Origin: Syntrophales bacterium
GTDB taxonomy: Bacteria; Desulfobacterota; Syntrophia; Syntrophales; PHBD01
Length of the DNA: 64,000 nucleotides
NCBI GenBank assembly: GCA_963668175.1
Contig: OY764159.1
Location: 3,845,652 to 3,909,651 of the forward strand
Direction of reading: 5' to 3'
This document shows positions 28,568-38,210 of the stretch, one piece after another. A program made the position numbers and the translations under genes. Under the pieces are notes generated by a model. That model worked only from the letters and a program-made list of their open reading frames with translations, ran no database searches and was not told the DNA's origin. Position 1 is the first letter of the stretch. Each line of letters begins with the position of its first letter.

Positions 28568-29296
28568 TCATTCGTGGTCGAAGATATAGCCGATCGAGCG
28601 CAGGCTGCGGAAGAACACGGGATTTTGCGGGTCGTCTTCAAAATACTTCCGCAGGCGCACGATGAAATTGTCTACGGTGCGCGTTGTCGTTACGCCGGAA
28701 TATCCCCAGCACACCTCCAGCAGGGTCTTTCTTGATAATGGCTTGCGGCGGTTCAGAATAAAGGTCCGCAAAAGCCGCACCTCCTGATCCGTCAACTGGA
28801 TGATCCCCTGCCGGCAATAAGCGGTCATCGTCTTGAAGTCGATGGTGTTTCCCCCGAACGTGTACGGCTGGCTCCCGTCCAGGTCAAGAAGATCTTCGGC
28901 CTTGACCTGTCCGCCCCAGGATGCCCGCATCAGCAGACGTTCGACCCTGAGAAGGAACTCTTCCAGGTTGAAGGGCTTGGCGAGATAGTCGTCCACTCCG
29001 TAAGAGAACCCTTTGATTTTGTCTTCCGAACCGCTCTTGGCGGACAGAATCAGGACGGGCAACTTCTCGTCCTCCAATCGGATATGGCGCAGCACGGACA
29101 AGCCGTCCATTCCGGGGAGCATGATATCGAGCACGATAAGATCCGGATTTTCGAGCTTCCACATCTGGAGTCCCTGGGTGCCGTTTCCCGACACGGATAC
29201 CTCATACCCTTGAAGAGTCAGATTTAATTTTAATCCTTCCGCTATATGGCCGTCATCCTCGATGATGAGGATGCGTTTTGCATGGACCTGCTTCAT
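28568..29296 (-). CDS. OmpR/PhoB-family response regulator
   Basis: 242 aa with a receiver domain (ILIIEDD...LIVLDIMLPGMDG) and a winged-helix output (RTVDNFIVRLRKYFE). Confidence 0.93.
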   Translation of the reverse strand: MKQVHAKRILIIEDDGHIAEGLKLNLTLQGYEVSVSGNGTQGLQMWKLENPDLIVLDIMLPGMDGLSVLRHIRLEDEKLPVLILSAKSGSEDKIKGFSYGVDDYLAKPFNLEEFLLRVERLLMRASWGGQVKAEDLLDLDGSQPYTFGGNTIDFKTMTAYCRQGIIQLTDQEVRLLRTFILNRRKPLSRKTLLEVCWGYSGVTTTRTVDNFIVRLRKYFEDDPQNPVFFRSLRSIGYIFDHE

Positions 29297-30264
29297 CCCT
29301 CATCTCCTTCTTTCTTACTGTAAGACAATGCCAAAGTGAACAGAGATCCTTTTCCTTCCCCTTCGCTGTCGGCGGTGATCTTTCCCCTGTGAAGGCGGGC
29401 GATTTGCTGGACAAGGTACAGGCCGATGCCGCTTCCTCCCGACGTTGTATTGTCGGGCCTGTGACCTTGATAAAACTTCTTGAATATACTTTTCTTTTCT
29501 ACCTTGGTGAGGCCGATGCCGTTGTCCCGGAAGCGGATAAACAGGGCATCCCTGCCCTCTTCAAAGGAGATGACCATCCGGGGCTTACCCGATGCGTTGT
29601 ATTTGATGGCATTGGTCAGGATATTCATTAAAAGCATCTCGAAGAGGGATACGATGATCGGATGGAAAATCGCCTGCCCCACAGGGGCATCCACCTGTAT
29701 TTCTGAATCCCTGAAAATATGGCGGTTGGCGGCCAGAAAACGCCTGACCGTATCAATCACATCGACCAGAACGAATTCTTTTTCATAAACCCGGCTTTCT
29801 ATCCGGGCGAGATTCAGCATGCTGTTGATGTTGACGGAAAGACGCTCGACGTCCTGAAGCATAAAGCCGATATATTTGAGCAACTCCTCCCGGGGAAGCT
29901 CATGGCGGTTAAACGTTTCAAGGTAAAGTTTCAACGAAGTCACCGGCGTTTTAAGCTCATGGGTGAAATTATTGATGAACGTGTTCTGCAGGCGATAGAG
30001 TTGAAGCGTCTTTAGATTATAGATCAGGATGATCAAGATGCCCACAAGAATGACACTGACGAGGAGAGACATGACGAGGATGACAACCCAGGTCTTGGCC
30101 TCGAAAAACTGGTTCGGATCGAGGTTATAATGACTGACAACCGATTTGAGGCCGGCACTGATTCCTATATACCAGTAAATATAAAGGAATAGTGAAATAG
30201 CCAGACAGACCGTCGAGAGCACGAAAACGAAAATGGGATGAAAAAACCATCTTGCTTGTTTCAT
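29293..30264 (-). CDS. sensor histidine kinase, intramembrane-sensing type (two TM helices, ~20-aa external loop, no HAMP/PAS)
   Basis: 323 aa with H-box FTHELKTPVTSL, an N box, and G boxes DNGIGL and GSGIGL. Its stop overlaps the regulator start (ATGA). Confidence 0.9.
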   Translation of the reverse strand: MKQARWFFHPIFVFVLSTVCLAISLFLYIYWYIGISAGLKSVVSHYNLDPNQFFEAKTWVVILVMSLLVSVILVGILIILIYNLKTLQLYRLQNTFINNFTHELKTPVTSLKLYLETFNRHELPREELLKYIGFMLQDVERLSVNINSMLNLARIESRVYEKEFVLVDVIDTVRRFLAANRHIFRDSEIQVDAPVGQAIFHPIIVSLFEMLLMNILTNAIKYNASGKPRMVISFEEGRDALFIRFRDNGIGLTKVEKKSIFKKFYQGHRPDNTTSGGSGIGLYLVQQIARLHRGKITADSEGEGKGSLFTLALSYSKKEGDEG

Positions 30265-30331
30265 ACGTGCAGTAACTATCCGACCCTACGTCCCATGTCA
30301 ACTTCCCATTTTCAGAACCTGCGACATGCCC

Positions 30332-30349
30332 TGTAAAAATAATGTAAAA
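30332..30349. repeat. direct repeat TGTAAAA-N4-TGTAAAA (11-bp period); possible OmpR-family binding site
   Basis: Read directly as CTGTAAAAATAATGTAAAACG. It lies 68-85 nt upstream of the kinase start and resembles the tandem GTAAA half-sites of CpxR-type boxes, but with a 6-nt rather than a 5-nt spacer. Confidence 0.3.
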
Positions 30350-30877
30350 CGAGACGGGATAACGTCAAAAATGGGCTTCTTTTTTATAACTTGCAATACC
30401 TTTTGACATCGGATAAAGATTTAGTAATTCTAACAGCGAGTCAGACGATGATCCGGCATTATGGAGACATTATTCCCGGAAGGATACAGTTGTTCCTATC
30501 CTTTCTCATCTTGGCGATTTTCACGGGCGCCGCATATTTTGAGGACGGCGGCCTTCGCCTGACTGCGGACATTGCCGCGATCAGCAGCAATACGGACGAC
30601 CCTGGAACGGACCGTTGCGCAGTAAAATTGAAACAGACGATTTCATTCTGGTCTGCTCGCTCATTGCAGGGTATATTTCCGGAAATAACCCGATTGACTT
30701 CATTTCAAGACTACAGGATTCCGAAAAACCACATCGTCTCTCCATCTCTGGGGAACAGAGCACCGCCGACAGCCTTCTCATAATCATCCGTTTATTGTCG
30801 ATCTTTCTTGAGGTCATTGTACAGACCGCGCAACGCCAAGAATACAGCGGCTGACGCGTATCGGGAGGGAGAAAACC

Positions 30878-31330
30878 ATGAAAAAAAAGATTGGTCTTGC
30901 AGCAGGATGCATGTTATTCATGATATTCATCTCGTCGGCCTCGACGTATGGCGCGTCGAGAGAAGGCAACATCCTGACCGTTCGCTGGTGGGAGCAGCCG
31001 CAATATGTCGAGATGTTGGGGTTAACCGATCAACAAATCGACAGCATTAAAGAGAAATATCTGAGGGAATCCGGCAAGCTAAACAAGATGCGAATAGACA
31101 TCAAGCGTCAGCGCAGCGCCCTTGCCAAGATGCTGCTTGAAGGTAAACGGGATGAAGTGAACACAGACATCCTGGTGGATAAACTGGCCGCCTCGATGTC
31201 GGAAGAAACCAGGACGGAGCTCTCGCTCAGGATATTGCTGATCAAGGAATTAACGGACGAACAACGGACGAAATTCAAGGAAGCCGATAAAAGAAAATAT
31301 TCTGATCGTTATAAACCTAAGAGCGATTGA
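30878..31330 (+). CDS. periplasmic Spy/CpxP-family (LTxxQ motif) protein
   Basis: 150 aa with a signal peptide (MKKKIGLAAGCMLFMIFISSASTYGA). Has two LTxxQ motifs (LTDQQIDSIKEKY, LTDEQRTKFKE) and a helical charged sequence. Confidence 0.75.
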   Translation: MKKKIGLAAGCMLFMIFISSASTYGASREGNILTVRWWEQPQYVEMLGLTDQQIDSIKEKYLRESGKLNKMRIDIKRQRSALAKMLLEGKRDEVNTDILVDKLAASMSEETRTELSLRILLIKELTDEQRTKFKEADKRKYSDRYKPKSD

Positions 31331-31389
31331 GAGGAAGAAAAATAAGTTTGGAACATGAGAAATGAATCTCTTAAAGGAGGAATAAACCT

Positions 31390-31590
31390 ATGTTTGGTAG
31401 TATAGGTATGCCCGAAATGATCATCATCCTGGTGATCGCCCTCGTTGTATTTGGCCCGGGAAAGTTGCCGGAAATCGGCGGTGCCATCGGCAAGGGCATC
31501 AAGGATTTCAAGCGGGCGATGACCGAACCCGAGAAAAAGGCTGACGACCAGTCGGACGCGAAACGCATCAAAGACGGGCAGAATACATAA
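31390..31590 (+). CDS. tatA: twin-arginine translocase subunit TatA/E
   Basis: 66 aa beginning MFGSIGMPEMIIILVIALVVFGPGKLPEIGGAIGKGIKDFKRAM. Has a strong RBS AAAGGAGG. Confidence 0.92.
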   Translation: MFGSIGMPEMIIILVIALVVFGPGKLPEIGGAIGKGIKDFKRAMTEPEKKADDQSDAKRIKDGQNT

Positions 31591-31757
31591 TCCGGAACCG
31601 GATTATAGCGTCAAACGGTTCATTCGGCGGCACGATTTGCAGGCATGGCCGTCTCTAATCTGGCACAGAAGGGTTACGGCCGATGCGATAGCCGTATCGT
31701 AAGATATCACTGCGCAATCCGCAACCTACAGAAACTTTTCAGCGAAAGCGTACAAGC

Positions 31758-33020
31758 ATGCTGACGGAGACGACACCGCAGGTTTTTCTCTTCTTGAGCC
31801 ATATCCTGCGAAAGAAGATTCTGACTCCCGACGGAACGGCGATCGGCAGGATCGACGATCTTGTGATCAATATCGCCGAGCAATACCCTGTTGTCACCGA
31901 TGTCGTTGTGTCTCCGAAGGGAAAGAAGACAAAGGGCATTGTCCCATGGCATAAGTTCAGCCCCGGCGACGGTACGCTCGTTTTTAAAGAAACGTCGGTG
32001 GATACCTTTCCCGATCGGCATTTGTCGGATACGGAACTCCTGCTCAACCAGTCCATGATGGACCAGCAGATCGTGGATACAGACGGCGCGAAAGTTAGGC
32101 GTGTCAACGACTTGCAGTTCCTGAGGGCAAGGGACAATCTGTACCTCGTTCACGTGGACGTCGGGTTTCGGGGACTGATGCGGCGGGTGGGGCTTGAAAA
32201 ACCCGTCGTTTCCATTTTGCGTTCCCTGTTCGATTACGACCTTCCCGACCAGTTCATCTCCTGGAAATTCGTTCAGCCCGTTGCGCACCCCGACCTGCTG
32301 CGGTTGAACATCACCCAGAACCGTCTGGCGCAACTGCACCCGGCCGATTTGGCCGATATTATTGAAGATTTGGACATTTACCAGAGAACGGCCGTCTTTC
32401 AATCTCTCGACGTGGAGACGGCGGCGGAAACCCTGGAAGAAACGGACCCGAAAATCCAGGTGAGCTTGATCGAGGATATGGAAGCGTCCGAAGCCTCCGA
32501 TATCATCGAAGAGATGTCCCTGAGCGAGGCGGCGGACCTCTTGGGAGATCTCCCCAAGCACAAGGCGGAAGGCATCCTCAAGGAGATGGAGCATGAAGTG
32601 GCCGAAGATGTGAAAGAACTGCTTGCCCATCCCGACGAAAAGGCCGGAGGACTCATGACGACGGCCTTTCCCCATTTCCATCCGGACCTGACCGCCGCCG
32701 AAGCATTGGAGACCCTGCGGCGGGAGGCCGAAGACATGGACATCATCTATTACGTCTATGTCATCGATCATGACGAGCATCTCCTCGGCGTCGTCAGTCT
32801 TCGGGAACTGCTTACCGCGCGGCCGGACGTCATACTCTCCGAGCTTATGGACACCAGGATCGTTTCCGTAGGTATCGACGAAGATGAGAAGAACATCGCC
32901 GATATCTTCGCCAAGTACGGCGTTATGGCCGTTCCGGTTACGGACGAGGAAAACCGCATTCAGGGAGTGATCGACTTCAAGAACCTCCTGGAGATCGTGG
33001 CGCCCCAGTTGGGAAAATAA
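31758..33020 (+). CDS. soluble MgtE-like cytoplasmic sensor protein (two PRC-barrel-like segments + MgtE_N domain + CBS pair; no membrane domain)
   Basis: 420 aa. Has the acidic MgtE_N-type helical region (LHPADLADIIEDLDIYQRTAVFQSLDVETAAETLEE...) followed by a CBS pair (IIYYVYVIDHDEHLLGVVSLRELL ... GVMAVPVTDEENRIQGVID). No hydrophobic TM segments are present. Confidence 0.8.
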   Translation: MLTETTPQVFLFLSHILRKKILTPDGTAIGRIDDLVINIAEQYPVVTDVVVSPKGKKTKGIVPWHKFSPGDGTLVFKETSVDTFPDRHLSDTELLLNQSMMDQQIVDTDGAKVRRVNDLQFLRARDNLYLVHVDVGFRGLMRRVGLEKPVVSILRSLFDYDLPDQFISWKFVQPVAHPDLLRLNITQNRLAQLHPADLADIIEDLDIYQRTAVFQSLDVETAAETLEETDPKIQVSLIEDMEASEASDIIEEMSLSEAADLLGDLPKHKAEGILKEMEHEVAEDVKELLAHPDEKAGGLMTTAFPHFHPDLTAAEALETLRREAEDMDIIYYVYVIDHDEHLLGVVSLRELLTARPDVILSELMDTRIVSVGIDEDEKNIADIFAKYGVMAVPVTDEENRIQGVIDFKNLLEIVAPQLGK

Positions 33021-33182
33021 ATCTTGACGATCCGACAAAAAAAGTCCATAGGCACATCGGACGATTATCGGGATTGAACGGCGGTATCGGCCGAAGCAGG
33101 ATCAAGGTTTAGCAATTCAATACACACTGTCATCATACTATTCGAGGTCTATAGCTGTTATGGATGAAGGCGGGGGCTGTCG

Positions 33183-34463
33183 ATGCCTGACCAGGTCGCG
33201 GAGAAAACAAGCACGGGCTTCGTCCGTCGCCTTTCTGAGGGGCGTTCATGGCGGTCGTTCGTCCTTTTCTTCGCCCTCATCGGTCCCGGAATCATCACCT
33301 CGAATGTCGATAACGATGCCGGCGGCATAACCACCTATTCTCTCGCCGGAGCCAATTACGGCCTCGGCCTTCTGTGGATACTCATCCCCATCACCCTTGC
33401 CCTGATCATCATTCAGGAAATGAATGCCCGTATGGGCGTCGTTTCCGGCAAAGGTCTTTCGGACCTCATCCGCGAACGTTTCGGCGCCAAGGTGACATTC
33501 TACCTGATGGTCACGATGTTTATCGCCAATCTCGGCAATACCGTATCCGAGTTCGCCGGCGTGGCGGCCAGCCTGGAAATCTTCGGCATCAGCCGCTACG
33601 TGTCCGTGCCTCTGGCCGCAATCTTTGTCTGGTGGCTCATCGTCAAAGGAAATTATAAATCTGTCGAGAAGGCCTTTCTTTTCGCCTGCGTCTTTTACGT
33701 CGCCTATATTATCTCCGGTTTCATGGGGAGACCGAACTGGTCCGTCGTCGGGAACGCGCTTATAACACCGACGATCAAAGCAGATCCCGCTTTTCTGACG
33801 ATGGCCGTGGGCGTTATCGGGACGACCATCGCCCCCTGGATGCAGTTTTTCCTACAGTCGTCGATCGTCGACAAAGGACTGAAGGCCGAGGATTATAAAT
33901 ATTCCAGGATGGATGTTATCTTCGGTTCGTTGACCGTCAATGTCGTCGCCTTTTTTATCATTATGATTTGCGCTGTGACGCTTTTCGAGCACGGCATCAA
34001 GATCGAGACGGCCAAGGATGCGGCCCTGGCCCTGAAGCCCCTGGCCGGCGAATATTGTTCCTGGCTTTTCGCTTTCGGACTCCTCAACGCCTCGCTTTTT
34101 GCGGCATCGATCCTGCCGCTATCCACCGCATACACCATCTGCGAGGCCTTCGGCTGGGAATCCGGCCTCAATCACCGCTTCATCGACGCGCCTCAATTCT
34201 ACGGTATGTACACATTGATGATCCTTCTCGGAGCGGGGCTCATCCTCCTGCCGAACGCTCCCTTGATCTCCATCATGTTCTACTCGCAGGTCATCAACGG
34301 CCTTCTCCTGCCCTTCATACTGGTCTTTATGCTTCTGCTCATCAACGATCGGCGGATCATGGGGGAATACGTCAACGGTCTGACCGTGAATATCCTGGCC
34401 TGGACGACGGTCATCGTCCTTATCGTACTTTCCTTAGCGATTGTAGTTACTTCCTTCTTGTGA
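33183..34463 (+). CDS. NRAMP/SLC11-family transporter with NRMT-type (magnesium-type) binding-site substitutions
   Basis: 426 aa, about 11 TM helices. TM1 reads D45-A-G-G in place of the canonical DPGN. TM6 reads G-T-T-I-A-P-W in place of G-A-T-V-M-P-H, giving Ala to Thr and Met to Ala substitutions. Confidence 0.8.
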   Translation: MPDQVAEKTSTGFVRRLSEGRSWRSFVLFFALIGPGIITSNVDNDAGGITTYSLAGANYGLGLLWILIPITLALIIIQEMNARMGVVSGKGLSDLIRERFGAKVTFYLMVTMFIANLGNTVSEFAGVAASLEIFGISRYVSVPLAAIFVWWLIVKGNYKSVEKAFLFACVFYVAYIISGFMGRPNWSVVGNALITPTIKADPAFLTMAVGVIGTTIAPWMQFFLQSSIVDKGLKAEDYKYSRMDVIFGSLTVNVVAFFIIMICAVTLFEHGIKIETAKDAALALKPLAGEYCSWLFAFGLLNASLFAASILPLSTAYTICEAFGWESGLNHRFIDAPQFYGMYTLMILLGAGLILLPNAPLISIMFYSQVINGLLLPFILVFMLLLINDRRIMGEYVNGLTVNILAWTTVIVLIVLSLAIVVTSFL

Positions 34464-34641
34464 CGCAACGGTCCGTACAACACCTGCACCGGGTAAACCA
34501 TAAAACCGGGGCTCCCGTCACCTGCGGCACGCGTGCGCAAGATAACCCGGTGAATTGGCTATTGACTACCGGGACGTTTTTCAATATGCTCCTTCATCGG
34601 ATTTTAACATTCCCCTATACCCCTAACGAATCGGAGCCGAC

Positions 34642-35358
34642 ATGTCCATTCTCAGCTGGAAAAAAGAAGATTCCGTCGCCGTCGTCACCATGACCAATGG
34701 TGAAAACAGGAACAATCCCGTTTTTGTGGCGGAGGTATTGAACGCCCTCGATGAAATAGAAAAGGATGAATCGATTTCTTCAGTTATTTTAACATCTTCT
34801 GACGAAAAGAACTGGTCCCAGGGCATCGACATCCAATGGATCATGACGGCATACGGCAACAAGGATTTTCAGGCCATCAAGGACTTCATGTACGGTTTGA
34901 ATAAAATTTATACAAGAATCCTCCTCTATCCGATGCCGGTGATCGCGGCACTGAACGGACACGCGTTCGGCGCCGGCGCCATCCTCGCCTGCACCTGTGA
35001 CTTCCGCTTCATGCGAAAGGACCGGGGCTTTTTCTGCTTCCCGGAAATCGACATCAATATTCCGTTCCTGCCGGGGATGCAGGCCATTATCAAGAAGGCT
35101 TTCCCTTACTACAAGCTCGAAGAAGCGGCCCTCACGGGGAAGCGTTACGGGGCGGCAGAACTGGAAGAGCATCACGTCATCACGAAAGCGAGCGACAATC
35201 TGGAGGCGCTGATAAACGACGCCCTGGCCTTTGCCAGGACATTCAACAAGAAGAGACCCATCTTCGGGGAGATGAAGCGGCGGTTCAACAAGGGGTCCAT
35301 CGAAGCCATCGAAAAGGACGACCCCTACTATATAGACTCATTAAAGCTTTTCATGTAA
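34642..35358 (+). CDS. enoyl-CoA hydratase/isomerase family protein
   Basis: 238 aa with a crotonase pattern (VILTSSDEKNWSQGIDI ... ALNGHAFGAGAILACTCDFRFM). Confidence 0.8.
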   Translation: MSILSWKKEDSVAVVTMTNGENRNNPVFVAEVLNALDEIEKDESISSVILTSSDEKNWSQGIDIQWIMTAYGNKDFQAIKDFMYGLNKIYTRILLYPMPVIAALNGHAFGAGAILACTCDFRFMRKDRGFFCFPEIDINIPFLPGMQAIIKKAFPYYKLEEAALTGKRYGAAELEEHHVITKASDNLEALINDALAFARTFNKKRPIFGEMKRRFNKGSIEAIEKDDPYYIDSLKLFM

Positions 35359-35470
35359 TGTCCATGTAAGGCCTGTCGTACATGCGGCGAGCCGCCGGGG
35401 CGGTTTCGGATCGACTCCGTTTTGCCGCGACGCCGCTTTTTTAGCGTTTCCCGTCCGGACAACTTCCTTT

Positions 35471-36697
35471 ATGCTCAAGCGATTGACCATCAATAAGTAT
35501 ATACTGAAAGAAATCGCCATTCCCTGCATGATGATTCTCTTTGTGCTGACGTTTGTTCTGCTCATGGGCAAGATCGTCCAGCTTATGGATCTGATGGTCA
35601 ATAAGGGCGTCAGTTTCCTGGACATATCCAAACTCATCATCTTCCTGATGCCGTCGTTTCTGATTTTCACGGTGCCCATCTCCTTGCTCATCTCCATCCT
35701 CATCGGACTGGGAAGGCTTTCCGGCGACAACGAAATCACGGTCCTCAAGGTTTCCGGCGTCAGCCTTTACCAGCTCGCACAGCCGATCGTTTTCGCGTCG
35801 TTTGTCGCCTTCCTGATCACGGCCGTCGTCAGTTTCTTTCTTGTTCCGCAAGGCAATTACGCCACCAAGCGTCTGCTCTTCGATATCGTGAGACAAAAGG
35901 CGACGGTGGGCATCAAGGAAAAGGTCTTCAACGACGACTTCAAAGGGATTCTGATCTATGCGGACAGGATCCCCGTCAGCGCGGAATACATGGAAGGCAT
36001 CATTATCAACGACAACCGGATGATCAAGGAGCCGAGCACGATCTTCGCGCAGAAGGCCTACCTCATCTCCGATCCCAAGACCATGACCATCACGTTAAGG
36101 CTGGAAAAGGGGAGTTCCCACGTCGTCGATACCAACATGAAGTATTACCGGAAAATGGATTTCGCCGTCTACGACGTCAATCTCGACCTGGAATCCTCCG
36201 TATCGGACGAAGCCAAGGCTAAATCGAAATCGAGCACGGAGATGACCGTTGCCGAGCTGGTCTCCCAGATACGGAAGAAGGGGCTGGCGGAGACCGACAT
36301 CCGCGAACTGGCCATCGAACTCAACAAAAAGATGACGATCCCCTTTTCCTGCATATTCTTCGGCATTCTCAGCATCCCTTTAGGCATAACAGCCCAAAGA
36401 TCCGTCAAATCAAGGGGGTTCACTATCGGTTTTGCCGTTGTCCTGGCCTACTACCTCCTGCAGATCGGCGGTGAAGCCCTGGCGGAAATGGGCAGGATAT
36501 CCCCCGCTGTCGGGGCATGGACGCCTAATGTGATTTTCGGGACTCTTGGCGCTTACCTATTCATCATGGCGGCCCGGGAAAGGCCTTTGCCCCTTCACGC
36601 TCTTTTTGACCGCTGGATGGGGAAGATCAGAGAGAAACGTGCGGCGGCAAAGCATGAAGAGGTTCGCCATCCGGGCCGGAACGGCGATCAGAAATGA
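35471..36697 (+). CDS. LptF/LptG-family LPS export permease
   Basis: 408 aa with the YjgP/YjgQ architecture: 3 N-terminal TM helices, a periplasmic beta-jellyroll region and 3 C-terminal TM helices. The N-terminus reads MLKRLTINKYILKEIAIP. Confidence 0.85.
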   Translation: MLKRLTINKYILKEIAIPCMMILFVLTFVLLMGKIVQLMDLMVNKGVSFLDISKLIIFLMPSFLIFTVPISLLISILIGLGRLSGDNEITVLKVSGVSLYQLAQPIVFASFVAFLITAVVSFFLVPQGNYATKRLLFDIVRQKATVGIKEKVFNDDFKGILIYADRIPVSAEYMEGIIINDNRMIKEPSTIFAQKAYLISDPKTMTITLRLEKGSSHVVDTNMKYYRKMDFAVYDVNLDLESSVSDEAKAKSKSSTEMTVAELVSQIRKKGLAETDIRELAIELNKKMTIPFSCIFFGILSIPLGITAQRSVKSRGFTIGFAVVLAYYLLQIGGEALAEMGRISPAVGAWTPNVIFGTLGAYLFIMAARERPLPLHALFDRWMGKIREKRAAAKHEEVRHPGRNGDQK

Positions 36698-36701
36698 CGA
36701 C

Positions 36702-36747
36702 AAAAAAACGGGATAGGCTTTTCTGTTTCCGCCTACCCCGTTTTTTA
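36702..36747. terminator. bidirectional rho-independent terminator between convergent lptF/G-type gene and ahcY
   Basis: A7 run, then stem ACGGGATAGGC / GCCTACCCCGT (10 of 11 bp) with a 12-nt loop, then a T6 run. Confidence 0.7.
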
Positions 36748-36772
36748 TTTCTTCTTTATTGGCCCGATCACG

Positions 36773-38197
36773 CTAGTAGCGGTAGTGGTCCGCCTTGAAG
36801 GGCCCTTCGACGGGCACCCCGAGATAATCCGCCTGCTTCTTGGTCAGCTTGGTCAGCTTCACACCCAAGCGGCCGAGATGGAGACGCGCCACTTCTTCAT
36901 CGAGCTTTTTCGGCAGCGTGTAAACGCCGGGCTTGAATTTCTTCGCTGCCAGTTCTATCTGTGCCAGGCACTGGTTGGTGAAACTGTTGCTCATAACGAA
37001 GCTGGGATGCCCCGTAGCGCAACCCAGGTTGACCAGCCGGCCTTCGGCAAGGACGATAATGGAACGACCCGACTTCAAGGTCCATTTATCGACCTGGGGC
37101 TTGATATTCTCCTTCTTGCAGCCTTTCGTCGTCTCCAGGTAATGCATATCGATTTCGCTGTCGAAGTGGCCGATATTGCAGACAATGGCTTCGTTCTTCA
37201 TCTGTTCCATGTGCTTGCCGGTAATGACGTTGCAGCAGCCGGTCGCGGTAACGAAGATATCGCCTTCCGGAAGGGCGTCTTCCAGGGTCGTAACTTCATA
37301 ACCTTCCATGGCGGCCTGAAGGGCGCAGATAGGATCGATCTCCGTGATCAGAACCCTGGCGCCGAACCCTCTCATGGATTGCGCCGATCCTTTGCCCACA
37401 TCGCCGTAGCCGCAAACGACCACGACTTTGCCCGCCACCATGATGTCCGTGGCCCGCTTGATCCCGTCGGCAAGGGATTCCCGGCAACCGTACAGGTTGT
37501 CGAATTTCGATTTCGTGACCGAATCGTTGACGTTGATCGCGGGAAAGAGGAGCTCACCGGCTCCCGCCATCTGGTACAGGCGGTGCACACCCGTTGTCGT
37601 CTCTTCCGACACGCCGCGTATCTTGGCCGCCATCTTCTGCCAGCGGCCGGGGTTCACCTTCAAGCGATGTTTGAGCCGGTCGACGATAACCTGCATTTCC
37701 TTGTTGTCGGACGGCTTGTTCAGAACAGAGGGATTCTTTTCCGCCTTGACCCCCTGATGGACAAGAAGAGTGGCGTCACCGCCGTCGTCGACGATCAGAT
37801 CGGGACCGGCCCCGTCCGGCCAGGTCAACGCCTGCTCCGTGCACCACCAGTATTCCTCCAGGGTCTCTCCCTTCCAGGCAAAGACCGCGGCGATGCCAGA
37901 CTTCGCAACGGCCGCAGCGGCATGATCCTGGGTCGAAAAGATATTGCAGGAAGCCCAGCGGATATCCGCTCCCAGGAGACGCAACGTCTCGATCAGCATG
38001 GCCGTCTGAATGGTCATGTGCAGACTGCCCATGATCCTGAGGCCGGCAAGGGGCTTCTTGGAACCGTATTTCTTACGGACAGCCATGAGACCCGGCATTT
38101 CGTTTTCGGAAAGCTTCATTTCCTTCCTCCCCCACTCGGCGAGGGAGAGGTCGGCCACCTTGTATTTCAATTTCGGATCAATTTCCAAGAAAGCCAT
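36773..38197 (-). CDS. ahcY: adenosylhomocysteinase
   Basis: ORF 36773..38218. The likely start is [27 protein letters not shown] at 38197 behind AAGGGA. Has the NAD domain motif [14 protein letters not shown] and the C-terminal PFKADHYRY. Confidence 0.95.
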   Translation of the reverse strand: MAFLEIDPKLKYKVADLSLAEWGRKEMKLSENEMPGLMAVRKKYGSKKPLAGLRIMGSLHMTIQTAMLIETLRLLGADIRWASCNIFSTQDHAAAAVAKSGIAAVFAWKGETLEEYWWCTEQALTWPDGAGPDLIVDDGGDATLLVHQGVKAEKNPSVLNKPSDNKEMQVIVDRLKHRLKVNPGRWQKMAAKIRGVSEETTTGVHRLYQMAGAGELLFPAINVNDSVTKSKFDNLYGCRESLADGIKRATDIMVAGKVVVVCGYGDVGKGSAQSMRGFGARVLITEIDPICALQAAMEGYEVTTLEDALPEGDIFVTATGCCNVITGKHMEQMKNEAIVCNIGHFDSEIDMHYLETTKGCKKENIKPQVDKWTLKSGRSIIVLAEGRLVNLGCATGHPSFVMSNSFTNQCLAQIELAAKKFKPGVYTLPKKLDEEVARLHLGRLGVKLTKLTKKQADYLGVPVEGPFKADHYRY

Positions 38198-38210
38198 AAA
38201 TTCCCTTTCT

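Noticed and set aside
31607-31757. M-box (Mg) riboswitch or sigma-54 promoter upstream of the MgtE-sensor-domain gene (TGGCAC at 31661-31666)
   Set aside because: I could not find the conserved M-box core sequences. The TGGCAC has TT, not GC, at the -12 spacing, so it fails the sigma-54 pattern. The perfect inverted repeat ATAATCCGG-AA-CCGGATTAT (31587-31606) after tatA lacks a U-tract, so I did not call it a terminator.
31707-33038. 443-aa minus-strand ORF opposite the MgtE-sensor-domain gene
   Set aside because: No recognisable domain. The plus-strand frame has clear MgtE_N and CBS signatures.
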